Origin: Candidatus Micrarchaeia archaeon
Lineage (GTDB): Archaea > Micrarchaeota > Micrarchaeia > Burarchaeales > Fermentimicrarchaeaceae
Reading direction: 5' to 3'
NCBI GenBank assembly: GCA_038871515.1
Contig: JAVZHX010000006.1
Span: forward strand, 1-28,555
Length of the DNA: 28,555 nucleotides
Part shown: in pieces, positions 1 to 8,387 of the stretch
How the letters are laid out: each line of letters starts with the position of its first letter
Numbering within the stretch: the stretch's first letter is position 1
Program-made: the position numbers and the translations under genes
Notes under the pieces: generated by a model
What the model was told of the DNA's origin: nothing
Databases searched by the model: none
Seen by the model: the letters and a program-made list of their open reading frames with translations, nothing else

Positions 1-99
1 CAACAATCACCTCATATGGTTTCACTTTTTGATTCAGCACGCTACGTACACATCTCTCTATTACATCTTCCTCATTACGAGCAGGTATTACAACAGAAA
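1..99. repeat. Direct repeat copy 1 (exact, 99 bp, runs off the left edge)
   Basis: caacaatcacctcatatgg...tattacaacagaaa matches 3193-3291 base for base and diverges at position 100 (c vs t). Confidence 0.97.
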
Positions 100-118
100 C
101 CTTAATCTTACTCTTAAT
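1..118 (-). CDS. GT2 family glycosyltransferase, N-terminal fragment truncated by the window edge (putative ATT start, or pseudogene)
   Basis: Minus frame reads IKSKIKVSVVIPARNEEDVIERCVRSVLNQKVKPYEVIV, the GT-A N-terminal motif. Bases 1-99 are identical to 3193-3291. There is an in-frame TAA at 130..128 and no ATG/GTG/TTG between it and the motif. Confidence 0.7.
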   Translation of the reverse strand, partial: MKSKIKVSVVIPARNEEDVIERCVRSVLNQKVKPYEVIV

Positions 119-186
119 GAAACCACCTTACATTCCTTACAATATAATTTAATACTCGTATACTTTAATCTATTGAAGGTGTTACT

Positions 187-1284
187 TTGAAAATAATTAT
201 GCTCTCGCCCTTCTCATCAAAAGGCGCAACTACCGCTAGGTTATATAATCTAGCTGTCAATATGCGGCAAAATGTTAAAATCATAATACCAAAATGTGAT
301 AAATATGGGTGTTCAGAGGAGAACCCCGTATTCTTTTTTACCATTCAAAATAAATCCTTCCTTCTTCTGCCAATTCACATACTCAAGGCATTGGAGCATA
401 TGAAAAATGAAAAGCCGGATGTGGTTTACTTTGCAAAACCGCATTTATTCACTTTTCTCCCAGCACTGCTATACAAACTCTTTCACCCAAGTTGCAAATT
501 GGTTTTTGACTGCGATGAGTGGGATGCTGCAACACTGAAAGATAATGATGAGCCATTCTACAAGATCTTGTTAACTGAAGCTCTTGCATTTCTTTCAATC
601 AGTTTCCCCAATGTTATCATCTACTCAAACACAAAAATAATGAAAGAGAAAATTCCTAAGAAGTATTGGAATAAGTGTTTCTATCTCCCAAATGGAGTTA
701 ACACAAAGCAATTCAAGCCGACGAGGAGAAAAAGAAAGGAGTTCTCACTCGTATTCGTTGGTTTGTTGCATAAGATAAAGCACATTCTTTCGATAGTTGA
801 TGCTGTTGAGACTGCGAAGAGAAGAATTTCGAATCTCAAATGTTACATAGTTGGTGATGGTCCCAAAAAAGGCGAACTTGAAAGAATCGTAAGCTCAAAA
901 AAACTCAGAGATGTTTTTGTTTTTACCGGAACGGTACCCCATGAAAAACTTCCAAAACTGCTCGCAAGCGCAGATGTGCTGCTTGCACCTTTCTCAAATT
1001 TAGAGGGAGTGCGTTACCAAAGCAATATGAAAATATTCGAGTATATGGCAAGCGGAGTTCCGATAGTTGCAACAGATGTTGGTGATATAAAAATGATTCT
1101 AAAAAACGGCAACGCTGGGTTTGTTGTGCCACCCGACAACTCGGAAGCAATAGCTGAAAAAATAATCTACATTTACAAAAACCCAGAGAAATCAAAGAAA
1201 GTTGCTTCGCTTGCAAGAAAGCTTGCGTATGAAAAATACGATTGGAAGGTGCTCGCTGAAAAACTATCAAACTTTCTGAGCTGA
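187..1284 (+). CDS. GT4 (GT-B fold) glycosyltransferase
   Basis: PNGVN, FVGLL..K, VGDGP, KIFEYMASGVPIVATDVG motifs; TTG start preceded by AGGTG-N5. Confidence 0.92.
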   Translation: MKIIMLSPFSSKGATTARLYNLAVNMRQNVKIIIPKCDKYGCSEENPVFFFTIQNKSFLLLPIHILKALEHMKNEKPDVVYFAKPHLFTFLPALLYKLFHPSCKLVFDCDEWDAATLKDNDEPFYKILLTEALAFLSISFPNVIIYSNTKIMKEKIPKKYWNKCFYLPNGVNTKQFKPTRRKRKEFSLVFVGLLHKIKHILSIVDAVETAKRRISNLKCYIVGDGPKKGELERIVSSKKLRDVFVFTGTVPHEKLPKLLASADVLLAPFSNLEGVRYQSNMKIFEYMASGVPIVATDVGDIKMILKNGNAGFVVPPDNSEAIAEKIIYIYKNPEKSKKVASLARKLAYEKYDWKVLAEKLSNFLS

Positions 1285-1288
1285 TTTT

Positions 1289-2383
1289 ATGAGAGTTTGC
1301 ATTCTCAACCCGTTTCCACTTTCATACAAAGGAGGAGTTGAGTCAGTCTTGAATTCGCTGAACTCAGAGTTGCAAAGAAGAGGTATTGAAACAATTGTGG
1401 TAACTCTATCTGAAAATGAAATGAGATTTGTACCTCACTTTGCAAGAATAGTAATATCAGGGATTCTTCTGAAAAAACTGTTCAAACTAAAAAACAGATT
1501 TGATTTAATTCACGCAAATGCTTGGTCAGCGTGCATTCTAAAATTTATAAAAAATAAACCATCAGTAGCAACAGCGCACGGCACTGTTAGAGGTCTAATT
1601 TCATCCACTAGCGATTTAATACCGCTCCACTCCCAACTTTACACCTCACTCATAACTCAAAACCTTGAAAGAATAGGTTTCAGAAATGCATGCAGGGTTG
1701 TGGCGGTTTCCAATTCCTGTAGAACCGAGCTTGTTGCAGATTATCACGTAGCAGAAGAAAAAGTTGATGTCATCTACAATGGTATAGACTTACGTAAAGT
1801 GAAAAGAATTAAAACAAATCTGAAAGATGAATTTGGGTGTGAAAATTTACTGCTCTTTGTAGGCAGACTGACAAAACAGAAGGGACTGGAATTTCTCATA
1901 AAAGCGATCCCTCTACTCAAAGACTATGATGTAAAACTTGCAGTTATTGGAGAAGGACCAGAGAGAAAAAATCTGGCTCACCTGGCTTCCAAGCTAGGTG
2001 TTAGAGAAAAGGTAGTTTTTTTTGGGGGAGTTGATGAAGGAAAGAAACTGGAATTACTCTCGGCAAGTGATGTATTTGTCTGCCCCTCTCTCTGGGAGTC
2101 ATTCGGGATCGTGTTGCTTGAAGCGATGGCATGTAAAACTCCGATAGTTGCGAGTAATGTCGCTAGCATACCTGAAGTTGTTGGCGAGTGCGGAGTGCTT
2201 GTTGAACCACGAAACTCAAAAGCAATTTCGGAAGGAGTGACTCAGTTGCTTGATGATAAGAAAACTGCAAGGGAGTTAGCACAGAAAGCGTATAGAAGAG
2301 TTAAAAGGAGTTTTACCATCCAGAAAACAGCAGATGGCTATGCAAAGTTATATGGGAGATTATTCAATCATTCCAAGAGCTAA
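1289..2383 (+). CDS. GT4 (GT-B fold) glycosyltransferase
   Basis: GGVE, HGT, YNGID, FVGRL..QKG, PSLWESFGIVLLEAMAC motifs. Confidence 0.95.
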   Translation: MRVCILNPFPLSYKGGVESVLNSLNSELQRRGIETIVVTLSENEMRFVPHFARIVISGILLKKLFKLKNRFDLIHANAWSACILKFIKNKPSVATAHGTVRGLISSTSDLIPLHSQLYTSLITQNLERIGFRNACRVVAVSNSCRTELVADYHVAEEKVDVIYNGIDLRKVKRIKTNLKDEFGCENLLLFVGRLTKQKGLEFLIKAIPLLKDYDVKLAVIGEGPERKNLAHLASKLGVREKVVFFGGVDEGKKLELLSASDVFVCPSLWESFGIVLLEAMACKTPIVASNVASIPEVVGECGVLVEPRNSKAISEGVTQLLDDKKTARELAQKAYRRVKRSFTIQKTADGYAKLYGRLFNHSKS

Positions 2384-3298
2384 GCACCAAACCAATTGAA
2401 CAAACGCAATTATACTCCTCACTCCGTGCAGATACGAAAAGATTAGCGAGCCCAGCAAGTCCTTTGACTTCATCCATATCTTAACCCCTCTTGCAATGAC
2501 TATGAAGTTCATCAAAATGAATAGGTAGAAGAAAAGTGGATTCAAAAAACTCAGGATGAGCGATACTATGTAAACCAGCCAGAATGCTACCGCCCTCAAA
2601 AGAAACTTGCCTTTCCTGAGCATTGTATAAACTCCTCTACCCATCCACCTTGACTGCCTTACAAACTCCGAAAATGTTTCGGGGTACTTGTTAACAAGAA
2701 CAAGCCTCCAGTCATACCTTGCGGCTTTACCTGCCTTATAAAATCTATCCTCCAAATCTGCATCTTCAAAATAGAAAATATCCTCGTCAAAGCCTCCAAG
2801 CTCAAGGAAAAGTTTTCTGCGCATAGAGTGGATTACATATTTGTATTTAGAGCTACCGTTAACTAAATGCACATTATGCGGCAGATGTGAAGTGTAATAA
2901 TTTGCCATCTGAGCTCTCTCTAAAAGATTTTTTGGTTTGGGAGGCACAAATGGGCATATAACTCCATCCACCCCATCAAAATCCTCACTCATTATACGAA
3001 AAAAATCTTTTCTAAGTAACTCTTGATCCGCATCCAAAAAGAAAACAACATCTCCTCTTGCTGCTTCTGCTCCTCTGTTCCTTGCAAAAGCAGCCGAGTG
3101 GCCTTTATCAAAGTTTATCAGTTTAACTCTCTTCTCCTTTTTCATAATTCTCTCCACAATCTCCCTTGTTCTATCTGTGGAACCATCATTAACAACAATC
3201 ACCTCATATGGTTTCACTTTTTGATTCAGCACGCTACGTACACATCTCTCTATTACATCTTCCTCATTACGAGCAGGTATTACAACAGAAATTCTCAT
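2360..3298 (-). CDS. GT2 family glycosyltransferase with C-terminal membrane helices
   Basis: SVVIPARNEE, VNDGSTD, ARNRG, FLDAD (DxD), GGFDE..FEDADL, RQSRW; hydrophobic C-terminus. Confidence 0.94.
   Translation of the reverse strand: MRISVVIPARNEEDVIERCVRSVLNQKVKPYEVIVVNDGSTDRTREIVERIMKKEKRVKLINFDKGHSAAFARNRGAEAARGDVVFFLDADQELLRKDFFRIMSEDFDGVDGVICPFVPPKPKNLLERAQMANYYTSHLPHNVHLVNGSSKYKYVIHSMRRKLFLELGGFDEDIFYFEDADLEDRFYKAGKAARYDWRLVLVNKYPETFSEFVRQSRWMGRGVYTMLRKGKFLLRAVAFWLVYIVSLILSFLNPLFFYLFILMNFIVIARGVKIWMKSKDLLGSLIFSYLHGVRSIIAFVQLVWCLALGMIE
3193..3291. repeat. Direct repeat copy 2 (exact match to 1-99)
   Basis: Identical to window bases 1-99; covers roughly codons 3-36 of the GT2 at 2360-3298. 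Confidence 0.97.
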
Positions 3299-4377
3299 AA
3301 AATTACCTTTTTATAAACTCCGAGAGTTTTTTTTGCTATTCTTTCCCAGCTGAACTGCTTCGCTCTCTCCCTCGCTTTTTTTGAAATTTTTTTCATCAAA
3401 GATTTATTTTGAAGTAGCTCCAGAATTGCAGTTGCAAGTGCTTTTGAATCTCCTTTTGGAACTATCCTCCCCACATCATTTGTCACAACATCTCTTACTC
3501 CACTCACATCGCTCGTTATCACCGGAAGGCCGCAAGCCATCGCCTCCAACACAACTAAAGGCATCCCCTCTGATAGAGATGGAAGGACAAAAATGGATGA
3601 ATTTCTATAACTCTGAAGGAGCTCTTGTTCATCCACTTTTCTGGTGAACAGAAAAGTATCCTCCATCCCCAGTTCCCGAATTCTTCTACGCAGGTTTAAC
3701 AAGTATTCGCTTTCCAAATCCCCATAGAAAGATGTTGGGCCAACACAACGCACCTTAACATCAGGTATTTCCCTCCTCACCTCTGCAACTGCATCAACGA
3801 GATACTCAAGGCCTTTTTGAGGGCTTATTCTACCAACAAATAATATATCATACAAACTACTTCTCTTTCCTGGTTTGAATTTATGGATGTTCACCCCATT
3901 TGGCACATACTCGGTGTTCTGATTATACTCCTTCATTTTCCTGTATATGTCCTTTGAAATTGCTATATTATACGACGCATTTCTTATGGCAACAATTTCC
4001 TTTTTATCAAACTTGGTTGGATCAAACCAAAAAGGAGAATGTGAGGTGTATACGGTCCTCCCGTATACTTTTGAAAATATAATAGAAGAAATTGCTAGAC
4101 TGCAGTGAAACACATCGCTTTCAAACTCCCTGCTTTTGAGCAAAGCCAGCAAAGAGAAGAATGAGTGCTTTTTTACCAAGTTAGCTTTTTTGTTTATCAT
4201 CGCGTACTCCAAATTTTTTGGTTTTTCTGGCACAGGGTGCTCATAATCAATTATCCTTACATAAATCTCCTTATTCCTCGCCAGTGCGCATCCAAGTTCG
4301 AATATCGCTCTCTCCGCAGCCCCACCGTAAGTTGGTGGTATAAGAAGCACTCCTGTGCCAACAAAACATATCTCCAT
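3295..4377 (-). CDS. GT4 (GT-B fold) glycosyltransferase
   Basis: PPTYGGAAE, PNGVN, FVGRISPQKG, PSLSEGMPLVVLEAMACGLP; ATGA overlap with the downstream GT2. Confidence 0.95.
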   Translation of the reverse strand: MEICFVGTGVLLIPPTYGGAAERAIFELGCALARNKEIYVRIIDYEHPVPEKPKNLEYAMINKKANLVKKHSFFSLLALLKSREFESDVFHCSLAISSIIFSKVYGRTVYTSHSPFWFDPTKFDKKEIVAIRNASYNIAISKDIYRKMKEYNQNTEYVPNGVNIHKFKPGKRSSLYDILFVGRISPQKGLEYLVDAVAEVRREIPDVKVRCVGPTSFYGDLESEYLLNLRRRIRELGMEDTFLFTRKVDEQELLQSYRNSSIFVLPSLSEGMPLVVLEAMACGLPVITSDVSGVRDVVTNDVGRIVPKGDSKALATAILELLQNKSLMKKISKKARERAKQFSWERIAKKTLGVYKKVIL

Positions 4378-4381
4378 ACTA

Positions 4382-5317
4382 TCACAGATAATCCTTGAAG
4401 TTAATTAAATTCCACCCATACGCACTCACCAAAGCAGTTACCAAATCAAACCTGCAATTAATTATAAATCTCAGAATTAAAAACGGAAGGGCAATAATAC
4501 TCATTATTATGAATGCAACTTTCTTCATTCCTTTAAAATGCTTCAACCCAAACCTCAGCTTCCCTCTATACGAATGATAGATATAAAAAGAAGTCACTGC
4601 GCTAACCGTCCCAGCCCCAACATGCCACATCTTTGCTTTCGGGTTTGTCACAATTCTGTAACCCGCTTGTTTTGCCCTGTAACAAAAATCAGCGTCATCA
4701 TAAGTGAAAAAAAATTTCTCATCATACAAACCAATTCTCTCAAAAACTTCTTTTTTCACCAAACCGTTGACTGCGTCAATTTCAATTAATTCATCATACT
4801 GCCCAGTATCTTCTTCGTATGGTGTATCAGGTGTTCCAAATGCAACGTTTCTCAGCTTCTCAAGCGACACCTCCGGTATTACTTTCGGAAGACTAGCTCC
4901 TCGCACATTCTGAATTCTCTTTGGCTCCTTAGCCCACAGAAACATCCCACCCACAACTCCAATTCTTTTATCGCTCTCCGCAGCTTTCACAAGCTCGCTG
5001 AGACAATCCTTTCTATGAAAAATCATATCATTATTCAGCAGGAGAATGTAGTCGCCTTTTGCTGCTCTGATACCCGCATTGTTGCCACCGCTGAATCCCA
5101 AATTTTCTTTATTCTCAATCAACTTCACTGAAGGAAAGTTTTTCCTCACAAACTCCTGGGAACCGTCACTGGAACCATTATCAGAAACAATAACTTCAAA
5201 ATTTGGATAATCTTGCTTCAACAACGTTTCTAAACATTCCTTAAGAAAATGCTTGCCATTCCAGTTAAGAACGATAACCGAAACTAGTTTTTCTTTTTTA
5301 GTTTTTGATACAGCCAT
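4382..5317 (-). CDS. GT2 family glycosyltransferase (WbbL/rhamnosyltransferase-like)
   Basis: SVIVLNWNG, DNGSSDGS, NLGFSGGNN, LLNND, GLYDEKFF..YDDADFCYR motifs. ATG at 5317 preferred over the ORF-track start at 5335. Confidence 0.9.
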   Translation of the reverse strand: MAVSKTKKEKLVSVIVLNWNGKHFLKECLETLLKQDYPNFEVIVSDNGSSDGSQEFVRKNFPSVKLIENKENLGFSGGNNAGIRAAKGDYILLLNNDMIFHRKDCLSELVKAAESDKRIGVVGGMFLWAKEPKRIQNVRGASLPKVIPEVSLEKLRNVAFGTPDTPYEEDTGQYDELIEIDAVNGLVKKEVFERIGLYDEKFFFTYDDADFCYRAKQAGYRIVTNPKAKMWHVGAGTVSAVTSFYIYHSYRGKLRFGLKHFKGMKKVAFIIMSIIALPFLILRFIINCRFDLVTALVSAYGWNLINFKDYL

Positions 5318-5347
5318 AAAACCAACCAAAAACACTTAGCTAATAGA

Positions 5348-5731
5348 TTAACTTTTATACGTATCGGGATCATCTGGGTCGAATACCTCATTTGTTACTG
5401 CAATGAGATACATTCTACCCCTCCCAATATTTTTTATCTGATGTTTTACATACGGAGGAATTTTCACAATTGTTGGTTTTTCACTATCAAGGATAACCTC
5501 TTTTTTCTCATTTGTGTTGATATCCTCCACTATCAACTTAGCCCTACCTTTAACGACACAAAACCACTCCACTTTCCTCTTATGGTGATGATCGCCCCTC
5601 ACAGCTCCGCTCTTCGATACGGAAAAGTATATGTGCTTGATTTCATCTGCAGTTTCATCTCTTCTCAGAATCTCAAATAGAATACCTCTGTTATCCTCGT
5701 GCTTTTTTAGCTCCCTCATCTCTATCTCCAT
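5348..5731 (-). CDS. Stand-alone cupin, CapF/WbjC C-terminal (WxcM-like) nucleotide-sugar epimerase domain
   Basis: DNRG..FE, SKSGAVRGDHHHKRKVEWFCVVKG, IPP...HQIKN and C-terminal NEVFDPDDPDTY resemble the CapF cupin domain. Confidence 0.85.
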   Translation of the reverse strand: MEIEMRELKKHEDNRGILFEILRRDETADEIKHIYFSVSKSGAVRGDHHHKRKVEWFCVVKGRAKLIVEDINTNEKKEVILDSEKPTIVKIPPYVKHQIKNIGRGRMYLIAVTNEVFDPDDPDTYKS

Positions 5732-6648
5732 ACTAATACCCCATTCCTAAATTCTTCTTCCTTCTCTTTCATTGAAACAATACCTTCCCGAATGCTGGGC
5801 ATTCTCTCACCAAGTTTTTTCTCTATCTTTGAAACGTCCAACGAAACATTCATTGGCCGTTTAGCTTTCAGCGAAATCTTCCTTGCCAGCTGGCTTAGTG
5901 ATATTTGAGTTATAAACTCTTTATTAAGCTTGAATACTTCTGCAATTGTCAGACCAATGTCGTATTTTGACATTGAGTCAGAACTCGCAACATTATAAAT
6001 ACCGGTAAGATCCTGCTTCAGCATTCTATTCATTATGCCTGCAAGGTCATTGGTGAATATCATTGAACTTATCTGGTCGCGGATAAGCTGTACCTTCTTG
6101 CCCCTTCTAAGAGATTCAACCACCCAAGAAGAGAAGCTCGTTTTACCGGGGTTCGGGTTCCAGCCATGCAAACTAGTCCTAATACTAAGAAAGTTGTCAT
6201 AATCCTTTCTGATAATCTCCTCCCCCTCCAACTTTGTCTTTGCGTACACTGACAATGGGTTTGGTTTATCTGTTTCAGAGTAGTTCCCAGCTCTGCCGTC
6301 AAATATATAATCAGTGCACATATACACCAGTTTAGCCCCGCACTTCCTAGCCGCTTTAAGAATGTTTTCAGTACCAGCAACATTCACTTTATACGCCATT
6401 GTAGGGTCTCTTTCACATAGCTCCAGATCGGTAATGGCAGCCGCGTGGATTATCACATCCGGTGATGCTCTGACAACTACTTCTAGCATATCCTCTCTTG
6501 TAATGTCAAAAATTTCAGAAGAGAAGTTATCATTCTTTATTTTTATGTAGCTAGCATGGCAGCCGCATACTACCTTATGCTCCTTAACCAGTCCAAGTGA
6601 CAAAGCACTTCCAAGAAGTCCATTCCCCCCAGTTATAAAAATTTTCAT
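5722..6648 (-). CDS. RmlD-like NDP-4-keto-6-deoxyhexose reductase (extended SDR)
   Basis: ITGGNGLLG, HAAAITD..CE, TDYIFDG..G.YSETD.PNPLSVYAKTK (YxxxK), RP..SLD motifs. Confidence 0.9.
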   Translation of the reverse strand: MKIFITGGNGLLGSALSLGLVKEHKVVCGCHASYIKIKNDNFSSEIFDITREDMLEVVVRASPDVIIHAAAITDLELCERDPTMAYKVNVAGTENILKAARKCGAKLVYMCTDYIFDGRAGNYSETDKPNPLSVYAKTKLEGEEIIRKDYDNFLSIRTSLHGWNPNPGKTSFSSWVVESLRRGKKVQLIRDQISSMIFTNDLAGIMNRMLKQDLTGIYNVASSDSMSKYDIGLTIAEVFKLNKEFITQISLSQLARKISLKAKRPMNVSLDVSKIEKKLGERMPSIREGIVSMKEKEEEFRNGVLVWR

Positions 6649-7632
6649 CTACAACCATCCTTCTTTTTTAAGGAGAGAAACAATTTCTCTTTCATTCAGC
6701 ATCTTAGTATGGTTTGAAGTATACTCCCGTAGGTTACTCAACAATTTTGGTTTTTTCAGTTTTCCATGCGGGTAGATAACGTAATGTGTTTTGGTTTCAA
6801 CAGATCTGAGCATCTCCTCCTCTGAAACCAGCACTTCATGAATCTTCTCACCAGGCCGTATACCCACCTCTTTTATAGGGTAGTCATCTCTCCCAGTGAC
6901 CTCCTTCGCCATCGCTCTTGCCAAATCAATTATTTTACACGCAGGCATCTTCCTGACAAAAATCTGCCCACTCTCACCTTCAACAGTAGCCCTAAAAACT
7001 AGGTCTACGGCTTGGTCGAGAGTCAGTAAAAATCTCGTCATCTCAAAGTCAGTCACGGGCAGAAATGCCCCTCTCTCCAACCTCTCCTTGAAGAACGGGA
7101 TCACGCTACCCCTGCTGCCGATGACGTTCCCATACCTCACGCAAATAAACTTTGTGGTATACCCTTTCTCAACAGACCTCAGCATTATTCTCTCCTGTAT
7201 CGCTTTGGTCATGCCCATCACATTTACTGGTTTCACTGCTTTATCTGTGCTTATCGAAACAACTCTTTCCGCCCCATTTTCCAAAGCTGCCATCCTTACG
7301 TTCTCCGCTCCTAGAATGTTTGTCTTCACTGCTTCTAATGGATAAAACTCGCAATTTGGAACTTGCTTAAGCGCGGCTGCATGGTAAACGATATCTATAC
7401 CTTTCATAGCAACATAAACTGAATTGTAATCCCTAACATCCCCAAGAACAAAATCCAATAAATCACAGCCTTCAAACTCATTTCTCATATCATATTGCTT
7501 CTTTTCATCTCTGCTGAAAACCACTATCCTCGCAGGCTTAAAATCAATCAATCTTGTTATAATCTGATACCCAAAGCTACCTGTTCCACCTGTAACCAAA
7601 ATATTTCTTTCCCTAAAATATCTCCCCCACAT
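6649..7632 (-). CDS. UDP-GlcNAc 4,6-dehydratase (inverting), CapE/FnlA/WbjB-like
   Basis: TGGTGSFG, SRDEKKQ, HAAALKQVPNCE, STDKAVKPVNVMGMTK (MxxxK as in CapE/WbjB), RYGNVIGSRGSVIP, GIRPGEKIHE. Confidence 0.92.
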   Translation of the reverse strand: MWGRYFRERNILVTGGTGSFGYQIITRLIDFKPARIVVFSRDEKKQYDMRNEFEGCDLLDFVLGDVRDYNSVYVAMKGIDIVYHAAALKQVPNCEFYPLEAVKTNILGAENVRMAALENGAERVVSISTDKAVKPVNVMGMTKAIQERIMLRSVEKGYTTKFICVRYGNVIGSRGSVIPFFKERLERGAFLPVTDFEMTRFLLTLDQAVDLVFRATVEGESGQIFVRKMPACKIIDLARAMAKEVTGRDDYPIKEVGIRPGEKIHEVLVSEEEMLRSVETKTHYVIYPHGKLKKPKLLSNLREYTSNHTKMLNEREIVSLLKKEGWL

Positions 7633-7667
7633 CCTACCAACTCCTTTGTCTTTGTAATTGTTTAGAA

Positions 7668-8387
7668 TTAAGGAGGCAGTATTCCCTCCATCATCCTGTT
7701 TGCTTTTCTATACGCTTCAATCGTCCCTATGTCAAGCCAGTATTTCAAATTATAAACCAACCCAGCAAGCTCGCCCTCCTCTGCAAGCTTTGGGAAAACA
7801 ACGCTCTCCATTTTAACTTTTCCGGTTGGTATGTTCCATATCACCTCTGGCTCAAGCACGTAGTAGCCAATGTTCGCAAGGTTTGACTCTGCTTTTCCTT
7901 TCTCAGGTTTCTCAACAAATTTGGTTATCAAATTCCTCTCAACTTTTGCAACGCCAAACCTATGCACCTCCTTCCATGGAACTCTGAACAATGCAACCGT
8001 TGCACTTTTTCCCATTTTTCTGTGAAACTTCACAAGCCTGTCGACATTCATTTTCGTCACATTATCTCCGTATGCAACAACCACTGGTTCGTTTATCTCT
8101 TTCTCAACTGCGATGAGCTTTATATCCCCTCCCGTTTCCCAGCAGAGAGTGCTCACCGTTTCAACATTCACATTATTCCTTGGTGTATGCGCAAGGTAGC
8201 TGCTTATCATGCTCTGCATGTGGGAAACACCAACGTATATACTATCTACTTCCTTGCAAGTGAGCAAGTTGTCTATCACAAAGTCAATCACCGGTTTTCC
8301 TCCAACAGGAAGAAGTGGTTTTGGTATTCCGTAAGTAAGCGGTCTCAACCTCACTCCCTTTCCAGCAGCAAGTATTATTGCTTTCAA
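7668..8387 (-). CDS. Sugar-1-phosphate nucleotidyltransferase
   Basis: LAAGKGVRLRPLT..PKPLLPV, YGD, FVEKP, WLDIGT; TTG start with AGGTG-N5. Confidence 0.92.
   Translation of the reverse strand: MKAIILAAGKGVRLRPLTYGIPKPLLPVGGKPVIDFVIDNLLTCKEVDSIYVGVSHMQSMISSYLAHTPRNNVNVETVSTLCWETGGDIKLIAVEKEINEPVVVAYGDNVTKMNVDRLVKFHRKMGKSATVALFRVPWKEVHRFGVAKVERNLITKFVEKPEKGKAESNLANIGYYVLEPEVIWNIPTGKVKMESVVFPKLAEEGELAGLVYNLKYWLDIGTIEAYRKANRMMEGILPP

Noticed and set aside
2016..2028. T8-G5 homopolymer in a GT4 gene, and other A8/T8 runs, as phase-variation tracts
   Set aside because: Frames are intact, runs are only 8 nt, and similar runs occur in non-GT genes of this AT-rich sequence.
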